From: Octopus sinensis
Lineage: Eukaryota
Length of the DNA stretch: 64,000 nt
Assembly: GCF_006345805.1 (NCBI RefSeq)
Contig: NC_043003.1
Span: forward strand, 41,974,001 to 42,038,000
Direction: 5' to 3'
A program made the position numbers and the translations under genes. How positions within the stretch are numbered: position 1 is the first letter of the stretch; each line of letters begins with the position of its first letter. This document shows, piece after piece, positions 13,094-25,969 of this stretch. Below the pieces are notes generated by a model. It saw only the letters and a list, made by a program, of their open reading frames with translations. It did not search any database and was not told where the DNA came from.

Positions 13094-13342
13094 CCTATTT
13101 TGTACTATACTATTGTAATATACTTTGTATCTTCTCGCATTATTCCGTTCTTAAACACCATATCTCTTTAATGAACTATCCCACAATCTTTCACCAAAAT
13201 AATGTTCCATTTTGAATTAGTTTGTTCCGTTTTGTTATATATGTGTGTTCTTTCTCTCTCCTTCTCGCACTCTTTCTCTCTAACTCACTCTCTTTCTCTT
13301 TCTCTCCCTGCCTCTTTCTCGCTCTATCTCTTTCTCTCTGTG

Positions 13343-13381
<39 letters not shown>

Positions 13382-13386
13382 CTCAC

Positions 13387-13427
<41 letters not shown>

Positions 13428-13442
13428 TTATCTATTTATATA

Positions 13443-13530
<88 letters not shown>

Positions 13531-14435
13531 AATACATATATATAAATATACATATATATATACTCGTGTATATATGCATATATGTACATGAACAATATAT
13601 GTATACATGTATATTTATATATGTGTGTTACACACATATTTCTGTCTCTGGGAGAAATAGGTGGAGATATACACTGACGTGTCATTTAATTTATACACAA
13701 CATCATGATTGATGATTAAACGCTTCTTTCTTTCACTTGATCACTTACTATACAAATTACATTCAAGAAATTTTGCAATCATAATTAATATAAGTTTAAA
13801 TAAGAAAACGTTCAATGAAGCAATTGACAATAGCTTTGACTCTACAAAATGATCATATAAAACATTTAATGTGCGTATATATGCACACGGCACACATATG
13901 TGTGTATGTGTAGATAAATGTATATATATGTGTGTACACATATTTATAAATATTTATGTATGCACTTATATAAAAATACATAGATATTGGTACATATATA
14001 TATATATATACAGACATATGTGCGTGTGTGTTGGTGTGTGTGTGTGTGTGTTTGTGTGTATATAGAACCGAATGATCTTTCCGAACCATAGGGACACAAG
14101 GGTGGCATCCCAGATTCTGTGTCGTATGTACATTTAATCCCAACCTAGATGGGATGCTGGTCCGTTGAAACAGCCTAATTTTTTTTGCATTCGAATGACC
14201 TGGAGCAGCGAAAATAATCATCGTCCGTTCTAGTTGATACCACAGTTATGAATGCAACACATGAACCACGAAGCGACGCTCCTACACTTACACGCAGACA
14301 TGCATGCGTGCACACACACATACTCACACACATATGATATATATATATATAGAGAGAGACAATATATAAAATATATATATCATGGTGAGATTGTAAAATC
14401 GTTACCAAACTGGACGTAGTGATTTTTTTCCTTAC

Positions 14436-14549
14436 TTTACATTCTGAGTACAAATGCGACTGTGGCCAGCTTTGATTTCCACTTTTTCGAGGTCTGATGA
14501 AATATCTATCAGTTGTCCACTGAAAGCAATGTAATCCACTTCTTCAGCC
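14436..14549 (-). CDS. Candidate internal coding exon (114 nt, phase 2-2), product unknown
   Basis: Minus strand tttcag|g gct gaa...gta aa|gtaagg. Only one frame is open: AEEVDYIAFSGQLIDISSDLEKVEIKAGHSRICTQNV. No homology recognised. Confidence 0.3.
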
Positions 14550-15909
14550 CTGAAATTTACAGACAGGGTATGTGTGTGTATGTGTGCTTGTTTGTTTATG
14601 TCTGTGTGAGTGAGAGAGTGTGTAGTATATAAACTGAGATGTACAATAAAAATTAACTCAATATATGTACACTTGATGCCGATGAGTTTCAACAAAATGT
14701 AATTTCTGCAATAGCAAATGAATGGGCTATCGTTCTGCGTACCACATATTTGTCAAAACAGGATCACATTTGCAAAACATAAGCATATAAATGTGTTTCT
14801 GTTATCACCGTGTAATTCTTAATATTTTTGTGGTGTATCATTGGATCTTTTACTAAATTTCCTGGAATTCCTTCGTGGAATTTTCATATCAATCCATCTG
14901 AAATATTCGATCAGATTTGCATCCAACAGTAGCGCTGACAACTGCACAACTCTGATTCTCTTCCATAATTATTCCCGCTATACAATTTGCATGTTTTTTA
15001 TGCTGAAAAATTCCCGACCTACACATTTTTACCTGATAAATGGAAGCACATACTTCACCATAAAATCCCGGGGGAATTTATAGTTTATGATGCTCTTGAT
15101 CAGATGTACAGTTCCTATCACTTTTTTTGACATACAATACCGCGCAGAAACGCGAAAATCTGCTAAGTCCTGGTACTCTGTAGATTATTCCTCTTATTGG
15201 CGTTCGACGTGCACTACGAAGAGGCTGAGGTATACTAATTACATTTCAATTTATCCAACTGCAAGATATTTGATAATGTGTTACTCTTATGATGCTCCTG
15301 AGCGATAAGATAAAATTCCACTTTACTTCTTTGTTTTTTTTTAAGAGCAACATGGATATATTAGTTGTTTTCAAATGGGGTTACTCCCACGATAGGCCAG
15401 GATTTTTTAAACATGTAACTACAAATTTAATATGTAGGATTAAAGTTCTTGTTTACAGCACTCACAAAGTGTCATCACTATCCTCGAAAAAAAAAAAATA
15501 GAAAACATCACTCCTCCACAGAACAAACTTCCGAACAAGTTTAGATGGAGGAAAAAGTGACTGAGTCACAATCAAATTTTTCCTCCATTCCTCTAGACAT
15601 TTTAGGCATGTTTTATTTTAAGTTCTTTGTTCTGCATGTTTTATACTTTGTTTCTGCTGACTGTATTGCAACGGTTACCACCAAGTAACACAATTCAGAG
15701 GAAGGAGATGACCCGGTTAATGGCAACGAAGTCTGAAGAAAGTACTTCTTTTCTCAAGAAGACGGAGAGAGACCAGGAGAACAAGGATAAATAATATGTT
15801 AAGTTAAATATCATTGCTTTATAACTGCAGACACATTACTTACGCTAAGCTTTGAAATAACTGCTATACATCTTTATATCTTTTGATATTTTTTTATGTT
15901 ATCTATATA

Positions 15910-16378
<469 letters not shown>

Positions 16379-16522
16379 TTAAGCAGATAATAAATAGATA
16401 TATGTGTATTTGCACTCGCCCATACTTGTGTGCATTCAAGCGTAAATGTATATGTGATTGCGGATGCATTTCTGTGTGTAGATGTGTATGGATTCATATA
16501 TAAAATTATGTGTATCTACACT

Positions 16523-16560
16523 GGCAGTGCTCCAGCACGGCCATAGCCTTACGGTTGAAC
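16523..16560 (+). mobile_element. Orphan LINE/SINE 3' tail of about 40 bp
   Basis: ggcagtgctccagcacggccatagccttacggttgaac matches the family A tail and has no upstream body. Confidence 0.65.
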
Positions 16561-16899
16561 GTGTAGAAGAACACAAGTATATATGTTTGTATATATGTAC
16601 GTGTACACACACACATACACACACACCACTCATAGACACATGCACACATATATATCCTATAAACATTTTACGGATTACATCTCACTGAAGTTGCGTGCGC
16701 AGTTTTCGATGTTACATATAAATGAGTATTTGATTCCAGCCGAAACTTTAACCTTCAAATCTAGATGACTTACCTCAGCGACGGAATTGAGCTGATCGTA
16801 AGACTTATGTAAATCTTAGACTTATAAGTAATATTGCATCTTCCTTCAAATTATAAATATTAACAATTATCAATGAATAATGAATTTCTAATTGAAATG

Positions 16900-17007
16900 T
16901 ATCAGAGAAACATGCATACAGATATCATAACTGATATCAGAGAAATACATATGAAGATATCACAGCTGATATGATAGCCAACTCTATGCAAATATCACAG
17001 CAATGTT
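16900..17007. repeat. 35-bp minisatellite, about 3 diverged copies
   Basis: cagagaaa...gatatca..ctgatat units start at 16903, 16938 and 16973. Confidence 0.7.
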
Positions 17008-17255
17008 ATTCATTTATCGAACGGAAGTTAATATTTACAAGGATATATTATTCAAGTTCGCATATCTCTTATAGCTTACATATAAATAAGTTGAGATGAA
17101 TTATGCAACAATACAGCATCATATCTGAGATAGATTGATACTTATTCAAAATTAATACTCGTAATTTCTAGCATATTTTGAGTGTTCGAATGTATGTTCA
17201 ATTCACAAATCAAAAAAAAACACACACACACAAACACACACACATACACACACTA

Positions 17256-17307
<52 letters not shown>

Positions 17308-17315
17308 TCTTTTTA

Positions 17316-17530
17316 TTGTTTTATTCATTTATTTGTTTCAGTCATTTGACTGCGACCATGCTGGTGCACCGCTTGGGTCGAACAAATCGGTCAAAGGACT
17401 TATTTTTTGTAAGCCTAGTACTTATCCTATCGATCTCTTTTGCCGAACTGCTAATTTACGGGGATATATACACACCAACATCGGTTGCCAAGTGATGGTG
17501 GGTGGAGGAGGACAAAGGGAGACACACAAT
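17316..17530 (-). mobile_element. SINE family A, 3' half
   Basis: tttgtttcagtcatttgactgcgaccatgctgg is the reverse complement of the tail. Confidence 0.9.
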
Positions 17531-17549
17531 ATATATATATATATATACA

Positions 17550-17716
17550 CTTACTTTTAATTTACTTTTACTTGTTTCAGTCATTTGACTGCAGCCACGC
17601 AGGAGCACCGCCTTTATTCGAACAAATCAACCCCAGGACGTATTCTTTGTAAGCGTAGTACTTATTCTATCAGTCGCATTGGCTGAACCTCTAATTTACG
17701 GGTAAATAAACATACC
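17550..17716 (-). mobile_element. SINE family A, 3' half
   Basis: cttgtttcagtcatttgactgcagccacgcaggagcaccgcc. Confidence 0.9.
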
Positions 17717-17879
17717 AAATATTCACGTAACACATTTCTTCATTTAAACCCCATGTCAATTTTCGAAAAGGTTTCTGCGAACAATGTTCTCACTCTCTAT
17801 AAGAGGAGACCGGATAGATGTAGATGATTAGTATTACACAGTGAAGCAAAAGCGAGTACAGGTAACCAGAGTCAATGTT

Positions 17880-18835
17880 GAGTTCTGCAAAGTTTAGTTG
17901 CTGCAACATACACTCTTGTGCAGAATGGCAGTCAGCAGATAAATAAAAATGACGAGGATGCACAGTATGACACAATGCCAATGAGTGTTTTTGGCGAATC
18001 TTCAATTTTCCCATTCACCTGAGGCACCTAGCCATTATTCATCTGAGTGTCCATCTAGAGAATGGTGATAAGGTTATCTTTACAAAACAAACAGCCTTGT
18101 GACAAGCACTTTCTCCGAAAGAAATTACCCTTAGTGCCTTTTTTAAGTTGTGCCAAGTAGATGAGGATACAAGAAAACACCTTTACCCACATTTACCCAA
18201 GTATTACACATGGAGAAACAATAAATGGCACAAGAGGAAACGGGTGGACGCTCTTGCAAAAGTTTACAGTGTCCTCCTCCAAGCAAACAGAACGCTACTA
18301 CTTACGACTCCTTTTGCATGATGTATGTGGTCCAAATTTGTTCCAAGATTTGAGGAGGGGAAATGGTCATGTGCGTGAATCTTAAAGCGAAGTATGCTAT
18401 CAGCAAGGTTTTGTTAGAAAATGATGAGCATTGGGACCTTGCATCGACTGAAGCATCAGGAAAATATTCTCAGAGGAAACTCCATAGCCTTTTTGCAATT
18501 ATACTGAACTTGTGTCAACTTGTCAGTCTCCTACAGCTTTGGATGAAACAATGTGAGGACATGACTGAGGACATGGCCGATGACTTAAAGTATGCATTTC
18601 GACTGGCAAACTGAGATATCAATATTCACTTCTCTGAAACAATATTTGACCAAGCACTCACCATGGGATGCAAAAATTTGCAAAAGTCTGACTCTGGACA
18701 GCCAAAAACAAACCATGAAATTAGTGATGTAACTTCACGAGTCATAGCTAGAGATACAAATCATAGTATCACACACTTGGCTGCATTTGTGAATGAGCAT
18801 GAATCTAAACTTCTCCCAGAACAACGCTGCACATG
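17880..18835 (+). mobile_element. Helitron RepHel fragment (Rep-helicase linker), pseudogenised
   Basis: FWRIFNFPIH, IHLSVHLENG, SAFFKLCQVD, KYYTW, ERYYLRLLLHDVCGP, LLENDEHW, LHSLFAIIL, spread across frames. Confidence 0.9.
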
Positions 18836-19161
18836 ATCAAATTTTTCGTATTTTATTATAACTTTTTATTTTGGATTATGAATTCAAGATTGATTTCTCA
18901 ATTGAAGAATAAATTGAATTTAGAACAACAAATTGTTCTACAACATATTTTGCTTTTTTCTTCCAATATATAAGGAACAATTTCATTCTCGGAAAACGTC
19001 GAGTGCCTCTGGTATTATATATATATATAAAATTTTCAACTTCTTTTAACACACGTAATGTAATTCCATGTTTCAGTTTAGTCCCTTTTAGCCATCTTAA
19101 ATTGTCAACATTTTTTAATATATAAAGTGATATATTACTCTTCCTCCACATCTTTCTTAGT

Positions 19162-19239
<78 letters not shown>

Positions 19240-19245
19240 ATGATG

Positions 19246-19278
<33 letters not shown>

Positions 19279-19319
19279 TAATAATAATAATAATAATAAT
19301 AAAAATAATAATAATAATA

Positions 19320-19350
<31 letters not shown>
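19162..19350. repeat. Compound trinucleotide repeat (CTA)n(CTG)n(ATG)n(ATA)n
   Basis: Direct. Confidence 0.97.
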
Positions 19351-19354
<4 letters not shown>

Positions 19355-19589
19355 AAATAATGATAATAAAAATTGTGGTTTTTTGTTATTGTTTACAATT
19401 ATCTTTTTTAAAAAATTAATGTATCATATAGATGCAATTTTTTATGCTGAATCCGAATTTGTTATACATTTATTCTAGAAAATTTTGCAAATTCTTACAT
19501 GTGTTCAAAGTTTATTTATAATTTTCAGAATTTTTAGCCAATCAGAATAAAGCGCGTTCGTTACCTCTTCCATCGTCATGTGGTGCCTG

Positions 19590-19735
19590 CCATTACGTTC
19601 TGAGTTCAAATTCTGCCGAGGTCGACTTTGCCTTTCATCCTTTCGGGGTCGATAAATTAAGTACCAGTTACGCACTGGTGTCGATGTAATCGACTTAATC
19701 CGTTTAGCCCCTTGTGGGTAGTAAAGAAATAGGTA
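19590..19735 (+). mobile_element. SINE family B, partial
   Basis: gagttcaaattctgccgaggtcgactttgcctttcatcctttcggggtcgataaattaagtaccag matches 23849-24080. Confidence 0.92.
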
Positions 19736-19842
19736 TGTCAAAACAATGCTATTTTCCTTGTACACGCCCACCCACACACACAATCTCACACAGAGTTGAA
19801 GCTTTGACTTTTCTTTTCAGAAATGTTAACCATCCCACTTCC

Positions 19843-19885
<43 letters not shown>

Positions 19886-20792
19886 ACATGCACAAACAAG
19901 CATTTTCATACCTGCCTTTTACATGCGCACACATATACTCACACAGATTTGAAACGCTTCCACTTCCAATTTGCCATAAACCTTCCTTCCTTATTCATCT
20001 ATCACTCGTTTCTTTCTCATTCACCTATCACTCCTTCTTTTCTCATTCATATGATGTGACGGAGGAAAACACAATAGTATTATTATAATACGATTATCTT
20101 TCTCGTATCTCCTATTCCACTTTATGCGCATGTGCAGCATCTTTGGTTAGTATGGAAACAGAGGTTTTCGCCACAGTGATGTGTAAAATACTCGCTTCTG
20201 ACTGGCTAAAATACCCAACTTTTAAATTAGGGGTTTAAAGGAAAAATGAATTTCAATTTCATAATTAGTATACAAAACTTAATCCAAGTACCAAATTTGA
20301 AAACAATTAGAAAATTCTAAGCAGTGACAAAAAAAAACAAACAAAGATCCAATACTACTACAACAACTAGTGCTGCCGCTACTACTGCTGCTGCGACAGC
20401 AACTGCTGCTAAAATAGCTGCTGAAGCTGCTGCTACTGAGGCTACTGCTGCTGGTATGTCTGTAGGAACTGCTACTGCTGGTGTTTTAGCCGTTTTCTTC
20501 TTCCAATCAGGACTCACGCGATTAGCCACAAAGAATAATCTCTAAATCAAGCCAACTCTAAGCTACTAACAAGGCGTGTGGCAACTTGAAGATCCCCCCA
20601 CCACACGTGATAGATTGGCAGTTGCACGGGCGGGAAAGCTACGTTATTATCCACATTCCGTAAACGGTGGCTTTTAACGGGTGGAGAACTGAATCAGCCT
20701 GGGATACAGAGGATTCACAATCTAGACTAGGATCTGAAAGGTTACACGACATAGTGGGTTACACCATGGTTCCTCTGCTTTGTGGAAGAAGT

Positions 20793-20986
20793 AGGAAGAA
20801 AGAGTGAGAGAAAGTTGTGGTGAAAGATTACAGCGTGTTTCACTAACCCCCCCCCCTTCCTGCCGGAACATCGTGGAGCTTAGGTGTTTTTGCTCAATAA
20901 ACACTCACAATGAACGGTCTGGTAATCGAAACCGCGTTCTTACGACCGCGAATCCGCTGCCCTAACCACTGGGCCATTGCTCCTCC
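20793..20986 (-). mobile_element. SINE family C, tRNA head and 5' body
   Basis: Matches 24968-25154 (ctcaataaacactcacaa...gctgccctaaccactgggccattg). Confidence 0.9.
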
Positions 20987-21434
20987 ACTTTAGCTGTTGC
21001 CGCTATTGGTACCATCTTACAGGGTGTGGTCTATCTTCTTGTCAAGGAGATGAAATCAACGTGCATAGCGTTAGCAAGATGGCTTGTTGACAGTGACACG
21101 AGATGTCACGCCTGATTGGAAATTCTAAAAAACATTCTCTGATCTTTATCACAAATATGATTAATTCTTACAGACCGTATAACACCCCCTACACACACAC
21201 ACAAACACACAGACTTACACTCTCACATGCACTCATATACACACACATACACACACATACACACGTACATCTGTATGCATATATATATTAATGTATGTAT
21301 CTTTTTCTCCACACACGCACGCACACACACTCATACATATATGTATACATACATATACATTTATATATCTATCTAACTATCTATATATATATATATATAG
21401 AGAGAGAGAAAAGATTCATACATTAGTATATATA

Positions 21435-21482
<48 letters not shown>

Positions 21483-21864
21483 GATGTGTGTGTATGTGCT
21501 TGTGTGTCTGCGTATATGTGAAAGACTACGTACCATATGTACGAATATTCATATGAATGTATGTATGTATTACTATTACAGATCCATTTATCATCTCATT
21601 ATTTATGTGACACATATGACTCTCCCTTATGCGTCTTTCATGATTTCATGTCCCAGCTCTGCAATGTATTCTAACATACAATAATCATTGCAAGTTTGAC
21701 ATCTCGTTAAATGCCTACTATTATTTGTGTGTAGGTATCAACTTTAACAGATGACGATATAAACACTAACTTTATCCTCTATTCCCTTTTCTATTTTATT
21801 TTTTTCTTGAGATAAGAAACCATGTTAACGTCATTTGCACAAGAAATACATATCGACCTCACTC

Positions 21865-22077
21865 ATTACTTTGCCACATACTGAACTTAGTAGAAATAGC
21901 AGCCAAAAAATTTTCGTAGCATTTCTACAACTTAAAGAAAATGTGGCAAAGTAATTTATTTTACTAAGCCCTAATTATATAATGTAAAATTTTGAATTCG
22001 CCTTAAATGGTCCTTTTACATACTGAACACTTGGTGAAATTGATTAATTAATTAATTTTACCCTCAATTGTTGATAT
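21865..22077 (+). repeat. Unclassified dispersed repeat X, rearranged copy
   Basis: Matches parts of 22256-22543 and 51457-51844; its first 76 bp are inverted relative to them. Confidence 0.9.
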
Positions 22078-22255
22078 CATAATTCATTTCTCTCGGTCAT
22101 ACTGCCTCGGTTCTCGCGGTTAAAATATAATGTTTGCTAGATAGACCACGTGGGTGGAAGCGGATTGAAGAAATTTACGCCTGCGCATTTTGAATTTGTT
22201 GACACTGTTAGTCGGAGTGGTTCATCTGAAGCGATAAGTTCGCTGATAGGTAAAG

Positions 22256-22536
22256 TTCCTTCTTTTTAGTGTTTCCAAATCCAAATTAAGAAATTTTGAG
22301 CTGACGATAGAAATGCTGATTTTATTTGGCTAATCTTGAAACGTTGACGTACTCAAACGATCTATGTACTTGTGATATTTTTCTGTATTTACCTCCAAAT
22401 CTTCGTGGGCTGTCTGGAGTAAACATTATCTGAGAGAAATTTTCTTTAAGTTGTAGAAATGCTAAGAAAAATTTTTGGCTGCTATTTCTACTAAGTTCAG
22501 TATGTGGCAAAGTAATTTATTTTACTAAGCCCTAAT

Positions 22537-22543
<7 letters not shown>
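22256..22543 (+). repeat. Unclassified dispersed repeat X, 5' part
   Basis: Collinear with 51457-51745. Confidence 0.9.
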
Positions 22544-22603
<60 letters not shown>

Positions 22604-22680
22604 TATATATATGTGTATGTATGTATGTATATATACATATACATATGTATATATACATATACATATGTATATATACATAT

Positions 22681-22845
22681 AGACGCATGAGTGGCTGTGT
22701 GGTATGTACCTTGGTTACCAACCACATTGTTCTGGCTTCAGTCCCACTGCGTGGCACCTTGGGCAAGTGTCTTCTACTATAGCCTCGGCTGACCAAAGCC
22801 TTGTAAGTGGATTTGGTAGACGGAAACTGAAAGAAGCTCGTCGTA
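22681..22845 (+). mobile_element. SINE family A, 5' half ending in (TA)n
   Basis: gagtggctgtgtggta...ttcagtcccactgcgtggcaccttgggcaagtgtc...gaaagaagctcgtcgtatata. Confidence 0.93.
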
Positions 22846-22855
22846 TATATATATA

Positions 22856-23005
22856 TATATATCCCTTCATCCGATTCGGTGTGAGAAAATGGTTAAGCAA
22901 TAGTTTCACGTCTATTTTCATTCCTCCACTCTCTATTTCATATCTTATCTAGAATAACTATTGCTTAACCATTTTCTCACACCGTTTCCGATGAAGGGAT
23001 ATATA
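22856..23005. mobile_element. MITE-like hairpin element with 45-50 bp inverted arms, flanked by TA
   Basis: Arms 22861-22905 and 22956-23000 are complementary except within one 5-nt patch. Confidence 0.75.
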
Positions 23006-23780
23006 AAATATCCTGGAAACAGCGGTAAGACCTTCTCTCTATAAATGTTCACAGCCTTGGATTTTTATCTCATTCTGTTAAAATTACTTTATATATACGC
23101 ATGCTGATATATGACCTACGTTGGACTCCTTATTTGCATAATCACCGAACCGGGAGCTTAACTATAGTCTGTCCATAGCACTTACTCAGCTTTACCTGAC
23201 ATATTTGGGTCTTCTTGACACAATTACCGCTCATAACCTATATATATATACGATATATGACCAAAGGTTCACTAAGTGAAAAAAGCAACAATGAAATAAG
23301 TCTGACCACACTGATGCAAAAGCCACGCCTCTTTTACTTCTCTCTCCCTCTCAAGTTTTTTCTTATTTCTTTTCCCTTCCTTCACAAACCCCCTAAACAC
23401 TCTCCCACTTTCTGTTCTCTTCAGTATCTTCACTATCTCCCACTCTCTCCTCCACTCTCACTCCTGCACTTTCCTTTCTACTTTGTTCCTCCCACCCTCT
23501 CTATCTCTCTCTTTCTCTCTTTCCCCCTTTCTGAAAAAACATCAGTTTCAATTTTGTATAAAAAGGCTAAGCAAACTGATTAAAACTTTTTTTTTTTATT
23601 TGAAAAATCCGATACCGGAAGAAAGCGCTAAAAATGTAAAGGAAAATATATATAAAATCATCCAACATTCTGACTACCTTGTTATTCTCAATATACAATA
23701 TTTGTACATTACATCAAAAACTCTCGACATATGATATATGATACAACCCCCCAGCCCCCACACAAACACACACACACATA

Positions 23781-23822
<42 letters not shown>

Positions 23823-23848
23823 CACACATATATATATATATATATATG

Positions 23849-24080
23849 CGGCGGCGAGATGGTTGAATCGTTAGCACGCTGGGTGAAATGCGTAGCCGTA
23901 TTTCGTCTGCCGTTATGTTCTGAGTTCAAATTCCGCCGAGGTCGACTTTGCCTTTCATCCTTTCGGGGTCGATAAATCAAGTACCAGTTACGCACTGGGG
24001 TCGATATAATCGACTTAATCCGTTTGTCTTTCCTTGTTTGTCCCCTCTATGTTTAGCCCCTTGTGGGTAGTAAAGAAATA
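23849..24080 (+). mobile_element. SINE family B, full length
   Basis: tRNA-like head (B box gagttcaaattcc), central gtcgactttgcctttcatcctttcggggtcgataaa domain (Deu/Nin-like, from memory), tail gccccttgtgggtagtaaagaaata. Confidence 0.93.
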
Positions 24081-24127
<47 letters not shown>

Positions 24128-24767
24128 GCAGAATATAAGTCGAGTTCAACAGTCACAGCAACGGTTTTGGCAGCATTTCATTGATGCCTTCTTAAATTTT
24201 AACCACATAGACAGGTAAAGTAGAAACGGAAGATGATTCTTTCACCACCTGCCACCACGATCTTGTGATATTTTGAAAATGAACAATACAACTTTTTGAA
24301 ACAATGAAACGTACATTTAAGAGCGAGAACATCGAATTCACCTTATTTTTCAAATTGCTATCTCAATTACTTTGACTAGTAAGTAAAGAGTAGATATGGT
24401 CTTATGGGGAACATACACCAATAAAATAGTGCCGACACAGTGGTCAGAAAATTTGAAGCCAGCTTGTGTTCTCATATATAAGCTATAACTGGGACAGCCC
24501 TGCGTCAGATATACAGTTTATATTCGATTTGATACCAATATTTATATGTATTATATTTGCGTATATAATTTAAAGGTTTTAATATATTTATATGTATATC
24601 TCCAACAAAAGTAAATGTAAACTAAAGGTTTTTTTACCTTACTGTGAGCTCAATACTAAGTAGCCAGCCATTCCAGGCGTCCTACTTGTTGATATTCCTA
24701 GCTTCTACCGAATCCTATAACTGATCTATTTTAATATAAATATATATTCGATATATATACATATTAT

Positions 24768-25154
24768 GTGGATGGAAGCACTCCGTCGGTTACGACGATG
24801 AGGGTTCCGGTTGATCCGAATCAAAGGAACAGCCTGCTCGTGAAATTAACGTGTAAGTGGCTGAGCACTCCACAGACACGTGTACCCTTAACGTAGTTCT
24901 CGGGGATATTCAGCGTGACACAGAGAGTGACAATGCCGGCCCTTTGAAATACAGGTACAATAGAAACAGGAAGTAAGAGTGAGAGAAAGTTGTGGTGAAA
25001 GAGTACAGCAGGGATCACCACCATCCCCTGCCGAGCCGCGGGGAGCTTTAGGTGTTTTCGCTCAATAAACACTCACAACGCCCGGTCTGGGAATCGAAAC
25101 CGTGATCCTATGACCGCGAGTCCGCTGCCCTAACCAATGGGCCATTGCGCCTCC
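24768..25154 (-). mobile_element. SINE family C, full length
   Basis: Reverse complement begins ggaggcgcaatggcccattggttagggcagcggactcgcgg...ggtttcgattccc (tRNA-Arg-like A and B boxes). Confidence 0.93.
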
Positions 25155-25969
25155 GATATTATATACATCAGTATATATACACACACACATACTCATACAC
25201 ACGCGCGCACGCATACATATATATATACATATAACATACATATATATACATATAACATAATACGTAATAAATATACGTATATCCGTACACATGATATACA
25301 GAGATAGATAGATAGATAGAGAGGAGAGAGAGAGAGGCAGAGTAACCTATTTGTATATGTATATATACGTATCTGCATGAAGTTGTACGTGTATCTTTAT
25401 TTGTTTATCATCTTATACTTTATACATTTGTGTCTTTGTTACAATTGTTTTGCGTTGCTTAGTTACCTACTAGTATTCATTGAAAATTTGCAAAAAATTT
25501 TTTTCAATATTAAACAGTATCTTTAAAAAGATGTACATTAAAAAAAAAAATGAAAATATTTCCAAGTATATTTATGCGTATATCCAATATTTGCAAATAT
25601 TGGATAGCTTTTTTTTATTTTATTTTTTATGGCTCATTTCTGAGCAATAAAAAGGATTTTGTCGGTTCTATTATAGGCATTCTCATGATATTTTTACTTG
25701 TACTTTCCTCCCCCTCCACGATTCTGTTTTGTTCTTCTCTAGCCTTATGAATAAGCCGCATGATTTTTCGTGTTTTTGCGTTTTCGCTGCGACTCTATTC
25801 ATTGTCGTATCAGAAGTAAATATTGTTAATCACTAAGCCACCAACTAACTCATTTAAGGCTAAAATAATTTGTAAGGATAATATATATCATTCATTCTAA
25901 CTTTGTGTTCCGTATTTTAGAAGTAACTGTAGATTTTTTTCCGTATTTTACAAGTAAGTGAGAGAGGGG

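Noticed and set aside
20324-20545. Ala/Thr-rich ORF
   Set aside because: Imperfect (CTG/CTA)n repeat with no splice or homology support.
23130-23200. Octamer ATTTGCAT next to TCACC, snRNA-promoter-like
   Set aside because: The spacing does not fit a DSE/PSE layout and no snRNA sequence follows.
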